A DNA stretch of 64,000 nt from Thermovirgaceae bacterium (GCA_040767805.1 JAXGNU010000001.1:160001-224000), one strand, 5' to 3'; positions 51,279-60,459 are shown, numbered from the stretch's first letter. Numbers and translations are program-made. Notes: generated by a model from the sequence alone, not told the origin.

Positions 51279-52513
51279 CGTCCCATCAACCTCCTCGTCT
51301 TTTCGCGGCACCGCTCGACGAGTTCGGACCTGGTCACGACCTGCTCATGGCCCGAGGACCGGTCGGTGACCACCATGCGCTCCATGCAGGAGATGCAGGG
51401 GTCGATGCTGTTGATGATGAGCGGCGAGTCGGCCAGTTCGTTGTCGCGGAACATGATCGGCCACGAGACCGCGTTGGCGTAGGTCGGGGCGCGGACCTTC
51501 CACCAGGTGACGTTCTCCTCACCGCCGGTGAGCCTTATGGCGTGGGTGTCGTCCCCCCGGGGGGCCTCGATGGAACTGAGGCCGGTCCCGTCGGCCTGTT
51601 TTAAGAAACTAAGCAGTTTGGTCAGCTTGGGTTCCCACATGAGGTCGCCCGTGGGGAGCCCGTTCAGGGCGTTCTCGATTATCTCCAGGGACTGGTAGAC
51701 CTCGAGCACCCTCACGAGGAAACGGTCGAAGACGTCGCCCCGGACCTCCCCCATGTAGTCCTGGGGGACGACGGGCTTGACGTCCATGTCGCAGTAGGCC
51801 TCGTAGGGGGAGGACCACCGGAGGTCCACCCTGAGGCCGCTCCCCCTGGCGGTGGGGCCCAGGGCGCAATGGGTGACGGCCTCCTCGCCGGTGAGGACGC
51901 CCACGTCGCGCATCCTGGCCTTGGCGATGGGGTCGTCGGTGACGACGTCGTAAAACACGCCGAACTCGTTCTTGTAAAAGGCGATCATGTCCCGGATGAC
52001 CTTTTCCACCGACGGGGTGACATCCCTGCGGACGCCGCCGATGGTGCCGGTCCCGTAGTTGACCCGGTTGCCCGTCAGGGCCTCCAGTACGTCCATGACC
52101 TTTTCTCTCAGGATCATCCCCAGGTTGAAGGCCGAGTCGTAGCCGAAGGTGTAGCAGGCCACCCCGGCCCACAGTATGTGGGAGTGAATCCTCTCCAGTT
52201 CCAGCACGATGGTCCTTATGTACTGGGCCCTTGCCGGCACCTCTATTCCGGCGGCATCCTCCACGGCACGGGTGAAGGTCACGATATGAGCGAAGGAGCA
52301 TATCCCGCAGATCCGCTCGGCGAGGTAGATGACCTGGATCGGGTTGCGTTCGCGGGCCATGAACTCGATGCCCCGGTGGATGGCGCCGGGCCGGATGGTC
52401 GCGTCCTTGATACGCTCCCCGTCGACGTCGAGCCAGGCCGTGATGGGCTCCTTGAGGCCGACGTGGACGGGCCCGATGGGCACTTTATAGGTTTTGTTCG
52501 TTCCTTGCGCCAT
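51275..52513 (-). CDS. mbhL: Group 4 [NiFe]-hydrogenase large subunit
   Basis: GPVH, HRGIE, L1 ERICGIC, EAPRG, L2 DPCISC; all four Ni-ligating Cys present. Confidence 0.92.
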   Translation of the reverse strand: MAQGTNKTYKVPIGPVHVGLKEPITAWLDVDGERIKDATIRPGAIHRGIEFMARERNPIQVIYLAERICGICSFAHIVTFTRAVEDAAGIEVPARAQYIRTIVLELERIHSHILWAGVACYTFGYDSAFNLGMILREKVMDVLEALTGNRVNYGTGTIGGVRRDVTPSVEKVIRDMIAFYKNEFGVFYDVVTDDPIAKARMRDVGVLTGEEAVTHCALGPTARGSGLRVDLRWSSPYEAYCDMDVKPVVPQDYMGEVRGDVFDRFLVRVLEVYQSLEIIENALNGLPTGDLMWEPKLTKLLSFLKQADGTGLSSIEAPRGDDTHAIRLTGGEENVTWWKVRAPTYANAVSWPIMFRDNELADSPLIINSIDPCISCMERMVVTDRSSGHEQVVTRSELVERCREKTRRLMGR

Positions 52514-52525
52514 AGGAGGCACCTC

Positions 52526-53077
52526 CTAGGAGAGTTCCCTGATATCTTCCGGCTTCGGGCCGGTCTCGTCCCTGCGCCAGGGCTTGATCTCCTCGTCCCA
52601 GTCCTCGGGGAGGAAAACCAGGCCCTTGTTGGGCAGCCCGTCGAAGTCCACGCCGAACATCTCGCGGATCTCCCTTTCACTGTACTCCGTCCCGGGGATC
52701 CTGTCCCAGAGGGAGGGCATCACGAGGTCGTCCTTGGGCACCACGACGGAGACGGTGACGCCGAGCCTCTTGCCCCGGCCGACGCTGCGGAAGATCGAGA
52801 AGTGGTAGTTCAGCTCGACGGCGTCGCCGATGTCGTCGCCGGAGGTTATCTGGAAGTGGGGGAAGTCGATCTCCATCAGGGTGTCCACCATGTCCAGGAA
52901 GCGCTGCTTCTCCACCCGCACCCAGAGGCACCGGTAGGAGCCGCCGTTGGCCGCGCCCCCCCTGTATTCCCGCAGCACCATGTCGTCGGAGGTCTTGCGG
53001 AACTTCCTCTTCAGCAGCGAGAGGACCTCCTCGGGGTCCAGGTATTCATCGGTGTAACCCCTGCGGCGGAGGCTCAT
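52526..53077 (-). CDS. mbhK: MbhK/NuoC-like subunit
   Basis: ELNYHF, EREIREMFGV.F.G.P, LPEDW...PWR. Confidence 0.85.
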   Translation of the reverse strand: MSLRRRGYTDEYLDPEEVLSLLKRKFRKTSDDMVLREYRGGAANGGSYRCLWVRVEKQRFLDMVDTLMEIDFPHFQITSGDDIGDAVELNYHFSIFRSVGRGKRLGVTVSVVVPKDDLVMPSLWDRIPGTEYSEREIREMFGVDFDGLPNKGLVFLPEDWDEEIKPWRRDETGPKPEDIRELS

Positions 53078-53535
53078 TTCGCGGCACCCGCCTTTGCGAG
53101 GGTCTCCTTGAGTTTTTCCAGTTTCAGTACCGCCTTGGCGACGCCCTCGATGATGGCCTCCGGCCTGGGGGGGCACCCGTGGACGTACACGTCGACGGGT
53201 ATGATGTTGTCCACCGGGCCGTCCAGGTTGTAGGACTTGTAGAAGACGTCGCCCGAACCCGCGCAGTTCCCCACGGCGATGACCACCTTGGGGTCGGGCA
53301 TCTGGGCATAGATCCTCCGCAGCCGACCGGTCATGTACTTCGTCACGGGGCCGGTCACGAGCAGTGCGTCGGCGTGGCGGGGGGAGCCCACCAGCTTCAT
53401 GCCGAAGCGCTCTATGTCATACCTGGGCGTTATGGACGCCACGATCTCGATGTCGCAGCCGTTGCAGGACCCGCTGTTGCAGTGGAAGACCCAGATGGAC
53501 TTGGTCAGTATGTCAAGGTAGCGTTCCAGTTTCAT
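53074..53535 (-). CDS. mbhJ: [NiFe]-hydrogenase small subunit
   Basis: GSCNGCDIE, SPRHAD, GNC, VHGCPPRPE. Confidence 0.92.
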   Translation of the reverse strand: MKLERYLDILTKSIWVFHCNSGSCNGCDIEIVASITPRYDIERFGMKLVGSPRHADALLVTGPVTKYMTGRLRRIYAQMPDPKVVIAVGNCAGSGDVFYKSYNLDGPVDNIIPVDVYVHGCPPRPEAIIEGVAKAVLKLEKLKETLAKAGAAK

Positions 53536-53547
53536 CGTCCCACCCCC

Positions 53548-53889
53548 CTAAAGAAGGACCAGCACCGCTACGACGGCCATGGTGAGCATGAAGTAGCCGA
53601 CATAATCGCTGCCGATGCCGGTGTGGAGTTCGATCAGCCAGTTGTAATAGGGCTTGAGGGCCTCCACGAACCCCCAGTAGGCCGAGGCGGCGGGGACCCC
53701 CATGTCGGCGCCGTCCTCGGGCACGATGTTGCTGCCGTAGAATATTTCATCCTGCTCGGTGCCTTCCTTGTAATCGCCGCGCCCCTTGGACCGGATGAAC
53801 AGGATGACGGCCGAGGCGATCGCGAAGAAAAGGAGCCAGAGGTACACGTCCCAGTAGCCGAAACCTGAATAGACCTTTTCCCACATCAC
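53548..53889 (-). CDS. mbhI: MbhI-like small membrane subunit
   Basis: GYW, YWGF..ALK.YY, HTG...DYV; operon position. Confidence 0.75.
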   Translation of the reverse strand: MMWEKVYSGFGYWDVYLWLLFFAIASAVILFIRSKGRGDYKEGTEQDEIFYGSNIVPEDGADMGVPAASAYWGFVEALKPYYNWLIELHTGIGSDYVGYFMLTMAVVAVLVLL

Positions 53890-55451
53890 AGGCCACCTCC
53901 CATGACGGCGGAAATGTAGCCCGCCTGGTCGACCAGGGCTTTGGCGGCCGGTTCGACAAGGTGCGAGAGGGTCCAGCCCGGGAAGAGCGTGACCACCACG
54001 ATGACCAGGGTGAGCACGGCCATCCCGAAAAGCATGGACACCGGCGCTTCCGCGACCTTTTCAAAGGCCTTCCTGGCGGGGCCGAGGAAGGCGGTCTGGA
54101 AGACCTTGATGAAGGAGGCCAGCGTAAGCACCGAGGTGACCAGGGCCGCCACGGCCAGCAGCGGGTAGACGGCGAAGGTCGTCTGGTAGATCAGCAATTT
54201 CGAGACAAACCCGTTGAAGGGCGGGAGGCCCGCGATGGCGGCGGCGGCGATGACGAACATGAAGGTCGTCTGGGGCATGTTCCTGGCCAGCCCGCCCAGT
54301 TCGTTGAGGTCCCGGGTTCCGGCCGAGTAGAAGACGGCGCCGGCGGAGAGGAAGAGCAAGCCCTTGTACATGGTGTAGTTGAGGATGTGGAATATGCCGC
54401 CCTTCATGGCGGTGAAACCGTAATCGGCCATGGCCTGGGGGTCTTTGAGCGAGAGGAGGCCCACGCCCAGGGCCAACAGGATGTAGCCGATCTGGGAGAC
54501 CGAATGATAGGCCATGAGCCGTTTCATCTCTTTCTGTATGACCGCCATGGTGACCCCGATGAACATGGAGAGGACGCCCATGACGATTATCGTCCAGGGG
54601 ATCACGACGCTCCCGGCGGTCACGCCGTAAAGGGTGAAGCAGACCCGGAAAAGCCCGTAGAGCGACGCCTGGCTGACGGCGACCAAAAGGCAGGTGACCC
54701 CCGCCGGGGCCTCGGCGTAAGCGTCGGGGGTCCACATGTGCATCGGGACGGCGCCGCTCTTCATGGCCAGCGACACGACGAGGAAGACCAGGGCGATCTT
54801 CTCGGCGTAGCCCATGTGGAGCATCCTGGCGACGGCCGCTATGTTGACGGCGTTGTACCGGCCGTAGAGGAACCCGACGGCGATGAGCACGAACATGGCC
54901 GACACGGTGGAGACCACCATGTACTTAAAGGAGGCCTCCACCGCTTCGGGGCGGTCCCTCCAGAAGGCGATGAGACCGAAGGAGGCCACCGAGGCGATCT
55001 CCAGGAACACGAAGAAGTTGAAAAGGTCGCCCGTGATCTGCATACCCAGCATCCCCGCGACCAGGAGGAAGTACAGGGCGGAGAACTTCTCGAGGCCGGT
55101 GAACTTGTCCATGAAGCGGAGGGAGAAGAAGGCGCCGGCGAGGGCGGCTATGGAACTGGTCGCCGCCATGAAGGCGCTGAAGGCGTCGACCTGGATGATG
55201 ATCCTGATGGGCCAGCTGAGGCCCGAGGGGAGGGTGAAGTTCCAGGATTCACCCCCCATCACGTAAACCATCGTCCCCCCCGCGAGGACCCTCTGCAGCA
55301 GCATGACGCAGATCGCGGTAGTGGCGATGGAGACGCAAACCATCCACGTGTTGCGCAGGAATCGTCCCCCGAGGCCGACGACCAGGGAGAGGAAGGCCCC
55401 AAGGAGGGGCACGGCCAGGGCCAGCGCTGGAAGGTGCACCTGCCAGTTCAT
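53886..55451 (-). CDS. mbhH: MbhH/MrpD-like antiporter subunit
   Basis: GDLFNFFVFLE, EASFKY, PMHMW.PDAY.EAP, KRLMAY, GLPPFNGF.SK. Confidence 0.9.
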   Translation of the reverse strand: MNWQVHLPALALAVPLLGAFLSLVVGLGGRFLRNTWMVCVSIATTAICVMLLQRVLAGGTMVYVMGGESWNFTLPSGLSWPIRIIIQVDAFSAFMAATSSIAALAGAFFSLRFMDKFTGLEKFSALYFLLVAGMLGMQITGDLFNFFVFLEIASVASFGLIAFWRDRPEAVEASFKYMVVSTVSAMFVLIAVGFLYGRYNAVNIAAVARMLHMGYAEKIALVFLVVSLAMKSGAVPMHMWTPDAYAEAPAGVTCLLVAVSQASLYGLFRVCFTLYGVTAGSVVIPWTIIVMGVLSMFIGVTMAVIQKEMKRLMAYHSVSQIGYILLALGVGLLSLKDPQAMADYGFTAMKGGIFHILNYTMYKGLLFLSAGAVFYSAGTRDLNELGGLARNMPQTTFMFVIAAAAIAGLPPFNGFVSKLLIYQTTFAVYPLLAVAALVTSVLTLASFIKVFQTAFLGPARKAFEKVAEAPVSMLFGMAVLTLVIVVVTLFPGWTLSHLVEPAAKALVDQAGYISAVMGGGL

Positions 55452-55795
55452 CCCCTCAGCCTCCTGATCTCGCGGACGTCGAGGGTCCCGTAATGCCGGT
55501 AAAGCAGCATGACCAGCGAAAGGAGCAGCGCCGAGGTGGCCAGCCCGATAACGATGGCCGTGAGGGTCAGAGCCTGGGGGGTGGGAAGGACCATGGTCTT
55601 CACATCCCCCGCCAGGGTGAATATCGGGACGGACCCGCCGGTCCGGTACCCCAGGACGATGAGGAGAAGGTTGGCCGAGGCCTCCAGGAGCGATATCCCT
55701 ATGGCTATCTTGATGAGGTTCCTCTCGGTGAGTATGGCGTATATCCCCAGCAGGAAGACGACTCCCACCACGAGGAAGGGGGCGTTACCGGTCAT
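55448..55795 (-). CDS. mbhG: MbhG/MrpC-like subunit
   Basis: NLIKI, PQAL.LTAIVIG, YGTLD. Confidence 0.88.
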   Translation of the reverse strand: MTGNAPFLVVGVVFLLGIYAILTERNLIKIAIGISLLEASANLLLIVLGYRTGGSVPIFTLAGDVKTMVLPTPQALTLTAIVIGLATSALLLSLVMLLYRHYGTLDVREIRRLRG

Positions 55796-56282
55796 GGCCT
55801 CTCTCACTCCTTCCCTCACGGCCTTCGAAAAGGCGGATACCCTTGAACATGTAGATCAAGACCAGGGAGAGCCCGCTGACGACCTCCAGGCCCACGGCCA
55901 TGTTCATTAGCGATATGGTGCCGGCGCTGTTGAGTATGCCGCTGTTGGGCCCGAGGGGGACCACCGCTCCGAAGAGGCCCCCTTGGCCCGCCAGGAAGTT
56001 GTAGAAGAAGGTCGTCCCGATGCCGAGGAACCCGGCGGTTATGAAAACCAGGAGCCCCGTCGCCTCCATGCCGGTGTATATGCCGGGCTTCACGAAGGAG
56101 AGGACCTTTTTCCCGCCGTAGGCGACGAGGAGGAGGGCCGCCATGGTGGCGACCACGGCCCCTCCCTGGAAACCCCCGCCGGGGGAGATGTGGCCGTGGA
56201 TGATGACGTAAGCGCCGAAGATGCCCAGGAACCAGGCGAAAATATCACAGATGGTCCTGACGACGACGGAAAGGGGGTTCAC
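55785..56282 (-). CDS. mbhF: MbhF/MrpB-like subunit
   Basis: HGHISPGGGFQGG, GLEV. Confidence 0.88.
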   Translation of the reverse strand: MNPLSVVVRTICDIFAWFLGIFGAYVIIHGHISPGGGFQGGAVVATMAALLLVAYGGKKVLSFVKPGIYTGMEATGLLVFITAGFLGIGTTFFYNFLAGQGGLFGAVVPLGPNSGILNSAGTISLMNMAVGLEVVSGLSLVLIYMFKGIRLFEGREGRSERGHDR

Positions 56283-56554
56283 CTTTTCTCACTCCCCTCA
56301 CGGAAAAGGGCGAGCACGGAGCAGACCGCCGTGAAAAGAACCGCCGCCTCGCCCAGGGTGTCGAAACCCCTGTAATCGAAGACTATCGAGGTGACGACGT
56401 TGTTCACGGAGCGCTCCCGCTGGGCGTTCTCAAGGTAATAGTCGTCCATGGGGGCCCTTGCCGTGTCCCCGAAGGGGTGGATCCTGGCCAGGGCGCCCAG
56501 GAAGACCCCGGCGACGACGAGGACGGCCACGACGAAAAGGACTTGCCGTTTCAT
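56279..56554 (-). CDS. mbhE: MbhE-like subunit
   Basis: NVVTSIVFDYRGFDTLGEA.VLF. Confidence 0.88.
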   Translation of the reverse strand: MKRQVLFVVAVLVVAGVFLGALARIHPFGDTARAPMDDYYLENAQRERSVNNVVTSIVFDYRGFDTLGEAAVLFTAVCSVLALFREGSEKR

Positions 56555-56814
56555 CGCCCCTCACCCCCCCTGGGGCTCTTCAGGGCCTTGCACGCCCTGA
56601 GGGCGATGATGTAGATGGCGGTGCTCAGCCCCGCCCCGATGGCCGCTTCGGCGATGGCCACGTCGGGGGCCTGGAGTATGAAGTACTCCAGGGCCAGCAA
56701 CAGGCTGAAGACCGCCAGAGAGATGACCGATGAAAGGAGGTCCCGGAACCAGACGGCGTAAAAGGCCGCGATGACGATGATGGTCAGGACCGCCATGTGG
56801 GCGTAACCGTTCAT
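56551..56814 (-). CDS. mbhD: MbhD-like subunit
   Basis: RDLL, LQAPDVAIAEAAIGAG. Confidence 0.85.
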   Translation of the reverse strand: MNGYAHMAVLTIIVIAAFYAVWFRDLLSSVISLAVFSLLLALEYFILQAPDVAIAEAAIGAGLSTAIYIIALRACKALKSPRGGEGR

Positions 56815-57182
56815 GCCGAAACACCGCCTTTCTTGCGATGGTCCTCGGCCAGCCTGTCCACCACGGCGTACTTGGGGAGCACACCGCTCCTGTGGGCCGC
56901 GCGGGCTATGGCGTGGGCGCCGGTGGGGTTCGATATGAGAAGGGCGAAGATGGCCAGGATTACGTGGACCGAGAGCGTCGTGAAACGCCCCTCGCCGGTC
57001 CGCAGGTACATCTGGAGGGCGTAGACCACGACCGCCGCCGAGGTGAATATCGAGCCGAAGGTGGTGCACTTGGTCGTCCCGTGAAGGCGGGTGTAAACAT
57101 CGGGGAAGCGGTAAAGGGCGACCGTCCCGAGGAAGTTGAACAGCACGCCGATCGTAAGGAGGATAAGGGCCGCTTTCTCCAA
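56811..57182 (-). CDS. mbhC: MbhC/MrpG-like subunit
   Basis: RFPDVYTRLH..TK, P.GAHAIARAA; TTG start. Confidence 0.88.
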   Translation of the reverse strand: MEKAALILLTIGVLFNFLGTVALYRFPDVYTRLHGTTKCTTFGSIFTSAAVVVYALQMYLRTGEGRFTTLSVHVILAIFALLISNPTGAHAIARAAHRSGVLPKYAVVDRLAEDHRKKGGVSA

Positions 57183-57184
57183 GG

Positions 57185-57445
57185 CTAGACACCCCCCTCG
57201 ACGTGGCGGGCGATGAACAGGGTCCCCACGAAGGAGAGGGCGGCATAAACGATGGCCACGTCGACCATTATCACCGAATCGTACACGAGCGAAAGAATGA
57301 TCATGAGGGCTATAACCATGGTGTTGATGGAGTCGAGAGCCACCACCCTGTCGGGGACGGTAGGCCCCGCGATGAGCCTGCCCACCATGGCGAGCGCGCA
57401 AAAGCCCGTCACCGCCGCCGCCCAGGCGAAATAGGAAATGATCAT
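57185..57445 (-). CDS. mbhB: MbhB/MrpF-like subunit
   Basis: GPT.PDRVVALD, DVAIVYA.LSFVGT. Confidence 0.88.
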   Translation of the reverse strand: MIISYFAWAAAVTGFCALAMVGRLIAGPTVPDRVVALDSINTMVIALMIILSLVYDSVIMVDVAIVYAALSFVGTLFIARHVEGGV

Positions 57446-57945
57446 CCGGCAACCCTCCTCGCCCATCTCCCGAAAGAGCCATAGACGCTCTCCTCGGACG
57501 GGTCCTCATCGGTCACGTTGATCCAGTGGATGTAGTAGACGCCCGTCTCACCGGAATCGTCCACGTCGACGGTAAGCGTCCCCGGCGTCAGCGTGATTGA
57601 GTTCGCCAGCATGGCCTGGGCCAGGCTCCCCTTCAACCCGGAGTCGATCCTGACGATGCCGGGGCGGATCTTCCCCGTTATCACCCTGTAGGCCACGTCC
57701 AGGTTGGCCTTGGTCATCCCCCAGAGGAAGGGGAACGCGAGGAACAGGATGAACTTGACCCAGCGGAGCGGGTTCAGCCCGGCCAGGGTCCAGGACCTGC
57801 CCGGGTTCCAGGCCCTCGCGAGGCCGGCCATGACCCCCCCCAGGGCCACCGCTATCCCCGCCTCGATGGGGTCGATGCCTCCCCCGCTCCACGCCAGCAA
57901 CAGGTAGGCGGCAACGGAAAGGACAAAAATTACCACACGCCTCAC
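57442..57945 (-). CDS. mbhA: MbhA/MrpE-like subunit
   Basis: ANLDVAYRVI, PGIV, LANSITLTPGT, YIHWI. Confidence 0.88.
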   Translation of the reverse strand: MRRVVIFVLSVAAYLLLAWSGGGIDPIEAGIAVALGGVMAGLARAWNPGRSWTLAGLNPLRWVKFILFLAFPFLWGMTKANLDVAYRVITGKIRPGIVRIDSGLKGSLAQAMLANSITLTPGTLTVDVDDSGETGVYYIHWINVTDEDPSEESVYGSFGRWARRVAG

Positions 57946-58031
57946 CCCCCTATTCCAGTTCTTTCAAGATCGCCGAAGCGATACAGTCCATGAGCGCCCC
58001 GCCGATGAGGCCGGGCGCGGGATAAATACAG

Positions 58032-58048
58032 TTATGCATTATACATAA
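58032..58048 (-). promoter_or_regulatory. -10 box (TATAAT, 58038-58043) of the mbh operon inside an inverted repeat
   Basis: TTATGcATtATaCATAA palindrome; perfect -10 on the minus strand, poor -35. Confidence 0.5.
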
Positions 58049-58181
58049 TAAGCGCCACGGGAGAACCCCCAATTTACAATGCCTTTCGGAATCCGGCTTT
58101 ACGTGCTAGCCTTGACTCTTGAGCCACCCGGCCGGAAAGATGCGGCCGCCCTGTATTGTAACCCTATCGCGGAAGAAGTGA

Positions 58182-58694
58182 ATGAACAGTTTGAACATAA
58201 TCAGATGCCTGGCCGTTCTCCTTCTCCTGTCCCTCCCTCCCGGCACCGCCTTCGGGGCAATCTCCCTCGGGGAGTGGAACTCGGCCGACGCGGGGCTCCT
58301 GGCGACCCGGGGCGAAGTGATGGAAAGCCTGGGCCCCCCCGACGGCGCCGGAGGCTCCGTCGAGTGGTACGACATTTCCGGCGACGAAGGTTTGACGAGG
58401 GTCACCCTGGATTATCTCGACGGAGAAAGGGTGCAGGCGATCCACCTGGCCTTCAGGAGAGGCTCGGTCGACCTGGAGACCCTGGCATCCGTCATAAGGA
58501 GCGCCTTTCCGGGCGCATCCGAGGTCTACGGCGACGACCGGATGGCGGTCTTCCTCGGAGGGACCGACGACGGGGACGGACCGCTCTACTTCCTCGCCCT
58601 GGCCGGGGAACCCCTGGGGGACAGGGGGCCCGAACTGGTCTCCATGACCGAGGCGGCCAACCGGCACTACCAAGAGGAACGGACCCCGGAGTAA
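58182..58694 (+). CDS. Hypothetical exported protein
   Basis: Sec-type signal peptide ending AFG-A; codon usage like its neighbours. Confidence 0.6.
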   Translation: MNSLNIIRCLAVLLLLSLPPGTAFGAISLGEWNSADAGLLATRGEVMESLGPPDGAGGSVEWYDISGDEGLTRVTLDYLDGERVQAIHLAFRRGSVDLETLASVIRSAFPGASEVYGDDRMAVFLGGTDDGDGPLYFLALAGEPLGDRGPELVSMTEAANRHYQEERTPE

Positions 58695-58704
58695 CCCGAG
58701 AGGC

Positions 58705-58733
58705 TTGTCAATATATCCCGGAAGGTGTATCCT
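58705..58733 (+). promoter_or_regulatory. Putative sigma70 promoter of umuC
   Basis: TTGTCA-17 nt-TATCCT. Confidence 0.45.
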
Positions 58734-58778
58734 TATAGTAATCTTTTACGGGATCATGTTTTCCGGGAGTGTCAGATC

Positions 58779-60065
58779 ATGTTCGCCCTCTGCGACTGCA
58801 ACAACTTCTACGCCTCCTGCGAGAGGCTCTTCAGGCCCGACCTCGAATCCCGCCCCGTGGCGGTCCTTTCCAACAACGACGGCTGCGTCATAGCCCGCTC
58901 CGCCGAAGTGAAGGCCCTGGGCGTACCCATGGGGGCGCCCTATTTCAAGGAAGAGGGCCGGTTCAGGCATTTCGGCGTGGAGGTCTTCTCCTCGAACTTC
59001 CCCCTCTACGAGGACCTCTCCAGGAGGGTCTCCGACGCCCTCCGCAGCATGGCGCCCGACGTGGAGATCTACTCCATCGACGAGGCCTTTCTCCGCATCG
59101 ACGCCCTGCCGGCGGCCGCCTCGGACCCCGAGGGATTCTGCCGCCGCCTCCGCGAGAGGGTCCTCCGGTGGACGGGGATACCCGTATCGATCGGCCTGGG
59201 AGCCACCAAGACGCTAGCCAAGGCGGCCAACAGGATAGCCAAGAGGGACCCCTCCAGGGGAGGCGTCTTCGCCATGCCCGGCGGCGCGGGGGACGACCCT
59301 CACCTCGAAGGGATAGACATAGGCGATACCTGGGGGATCGGCCTCCGCAACGCCCCGAGGCTGCGCCGTTTCGGGATCGGCACCGCCAGGGGGCTCAAGT
59401 ACGCCGACGAGGAGTGGCTCAAAAAACGCTTCTCCATCAGCGAGGCCAGGACCTCCAGGGAGCTCAACGGCCAGGTCTGCCACCCCTTCACCGAGAGGGC
59501 GAAACCGCGCAAGACCATAAGGGTATCCAGGAGCTTCGGCAACCCGGTCGTGGACCTTCACTCCCTCAAGGAGGCCGTCTCGAGCTTCGCCTTCTCGGCG
59601 GCCGAGACCCTCAGGAAGCAAGGTTCGGCCGCCGGGAAGATGCACCTCTTCCTGATGACCAACCCCTTCGGGGAGGGGCCCGGCTACGCCGCCGGGGCCA
59701 CGGAGAGATTCGATGTCCCGGCGTCGGGCACAGTCGAGATCGTCGGCCGGGCGGTGAAGTGCCTGGAAGGGATCTTCGTGGAAGGCCCGGCCTACAAGAA
59801 GGCCGGGGTGATACTGACGGACCTGGCCGACGCGGCCTGCCTGCAGCGGCACCTCTTCACCCCCATGAGGGACCCCCGGGAGGGGGCCCTCATGGGGGTG
59901 ATGGACCGGTTGAACCGGGAACTGGGGAAGGGGACCGTCTTCACCGCATCGATGGGCGTCCACGGCAGGAGGTCCTGGGTGATGCGCCAAGGGCGCGTGT
60001 CGCCGCGCTATACGACCCGTTGGGAGGAAATCCCCGCCGTGCTCCCCCCGGAGGAGGCGCCATGA
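58779..60065 (+). CDS. umuC: Y-family DNA polymerase, UmuC type
   Basis: DCNNFYASCER, VLSNNDGC, YSIDE, TKTLAK.AN, SRSF, YKKAGV, C-terminal W.MR....SP.YTT.W. Confidence 0.92.
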   Translation: MFALCDCNNFYASCERLFRPDLESRPVAVLSNNDGCVIARSAEVKALGVPMGAPYFKEEGRFRHFGVEVFSSNFPLYEDLSRRVSDALRSMAPDVEIYSIDEAFLRIDALPAAASDPEGFCRRLRERVLRWTGIPVSIGLGATKTLAKAANRIAKRDPSRGGVFAMPGGAGDDPHLEGIDIGDTWGIGLRNAPRLRRFGIGTARGLKYADEEWLKKRFSISEARTSRELNGQVCHPFTERAKPRKTIRVSRSFGNPVVDLHSLKEAVSSFAFSAAETLRKQGSAAGKMHLFLMTNPFGEGPGYAAGATERFDVPASGTVEIVGRAVKCLEGIFVEGPAYKKAGVILTDLADAACLQRHLFTPMRDPREGALMGVMDRLNRELGKGTVFTASMGVHGRRSWVMRQGRVSPRYTTRWEEIPAVLPPEEAP

Positions 60066-60376
60066 TGAACGATCCCAGGTCCGCCACGGGCTTCCCCTCC
60101 CCCGCCGACCCCTTCAGGGAGGACCCCCTGGACATAAGTTCGCTGCTGGTCCGGAACCGGGCGTCCACCTTCCTGATGCGCTCGGCGGGGAGGATCCCCG
60201 CCTGGTCCATAGAAGAAGGCGACATCCTCGTCGTGGACCGCTCCTGCCGGGCTGAAAGGGGCGACCTGGCCGTCATAACCAGGGACGGCAAGCTCGCGCT
60301 CTGGGAGGTCCCTTCGGGCGGCGCCTCCACCTGGGGCGTGGTCAGGGGTGTCGTAAGGGTCCTGAGGCGCCGGTAG
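60062..60376 (+). CDS. UmuD'-like protein lacking the Ser/Lys dyad
   Basis: GFPSPA, GDILVVDRS, WGVV; ATGA overlap with umuC and GGAGG SD. Confidence 0.78.
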   Translation: MMNDPRSATGFPSPADPFREDPLDISSLLVRNRASTFLMRSAGRIPAWSIEEGDILVVDRSCRAERGDLAVITRDGKLALWEVPSGGASTWGVVRGVVRVLRRR

Positions 60377-60401
60377 TGACGGCGGCCGCGCCGCCGCCGA
60401 T

Positions 60402-60429
60402 AAAAAAAGCCGCCCCTAAGGGGCGGCTT
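60402..60429. terminator. Terminator between convergent genes (stronger on the minus strand)
   Basis: AAGCCGCCCC-taa-GGGGCGGCTT with an A7 run on the left. Confidence 0.75.
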
Positions 60430-60459
60430 CGGTTCTTGCGGGCCCGCGGGCGCCCGGGA

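Noticed and set aside
51275..53535. Possible selenocysteine-containing (NiFeSe) hydrogenase given selC
   Set aside because: L1 and L2 motifs use Cys codons; no in-frame TGA
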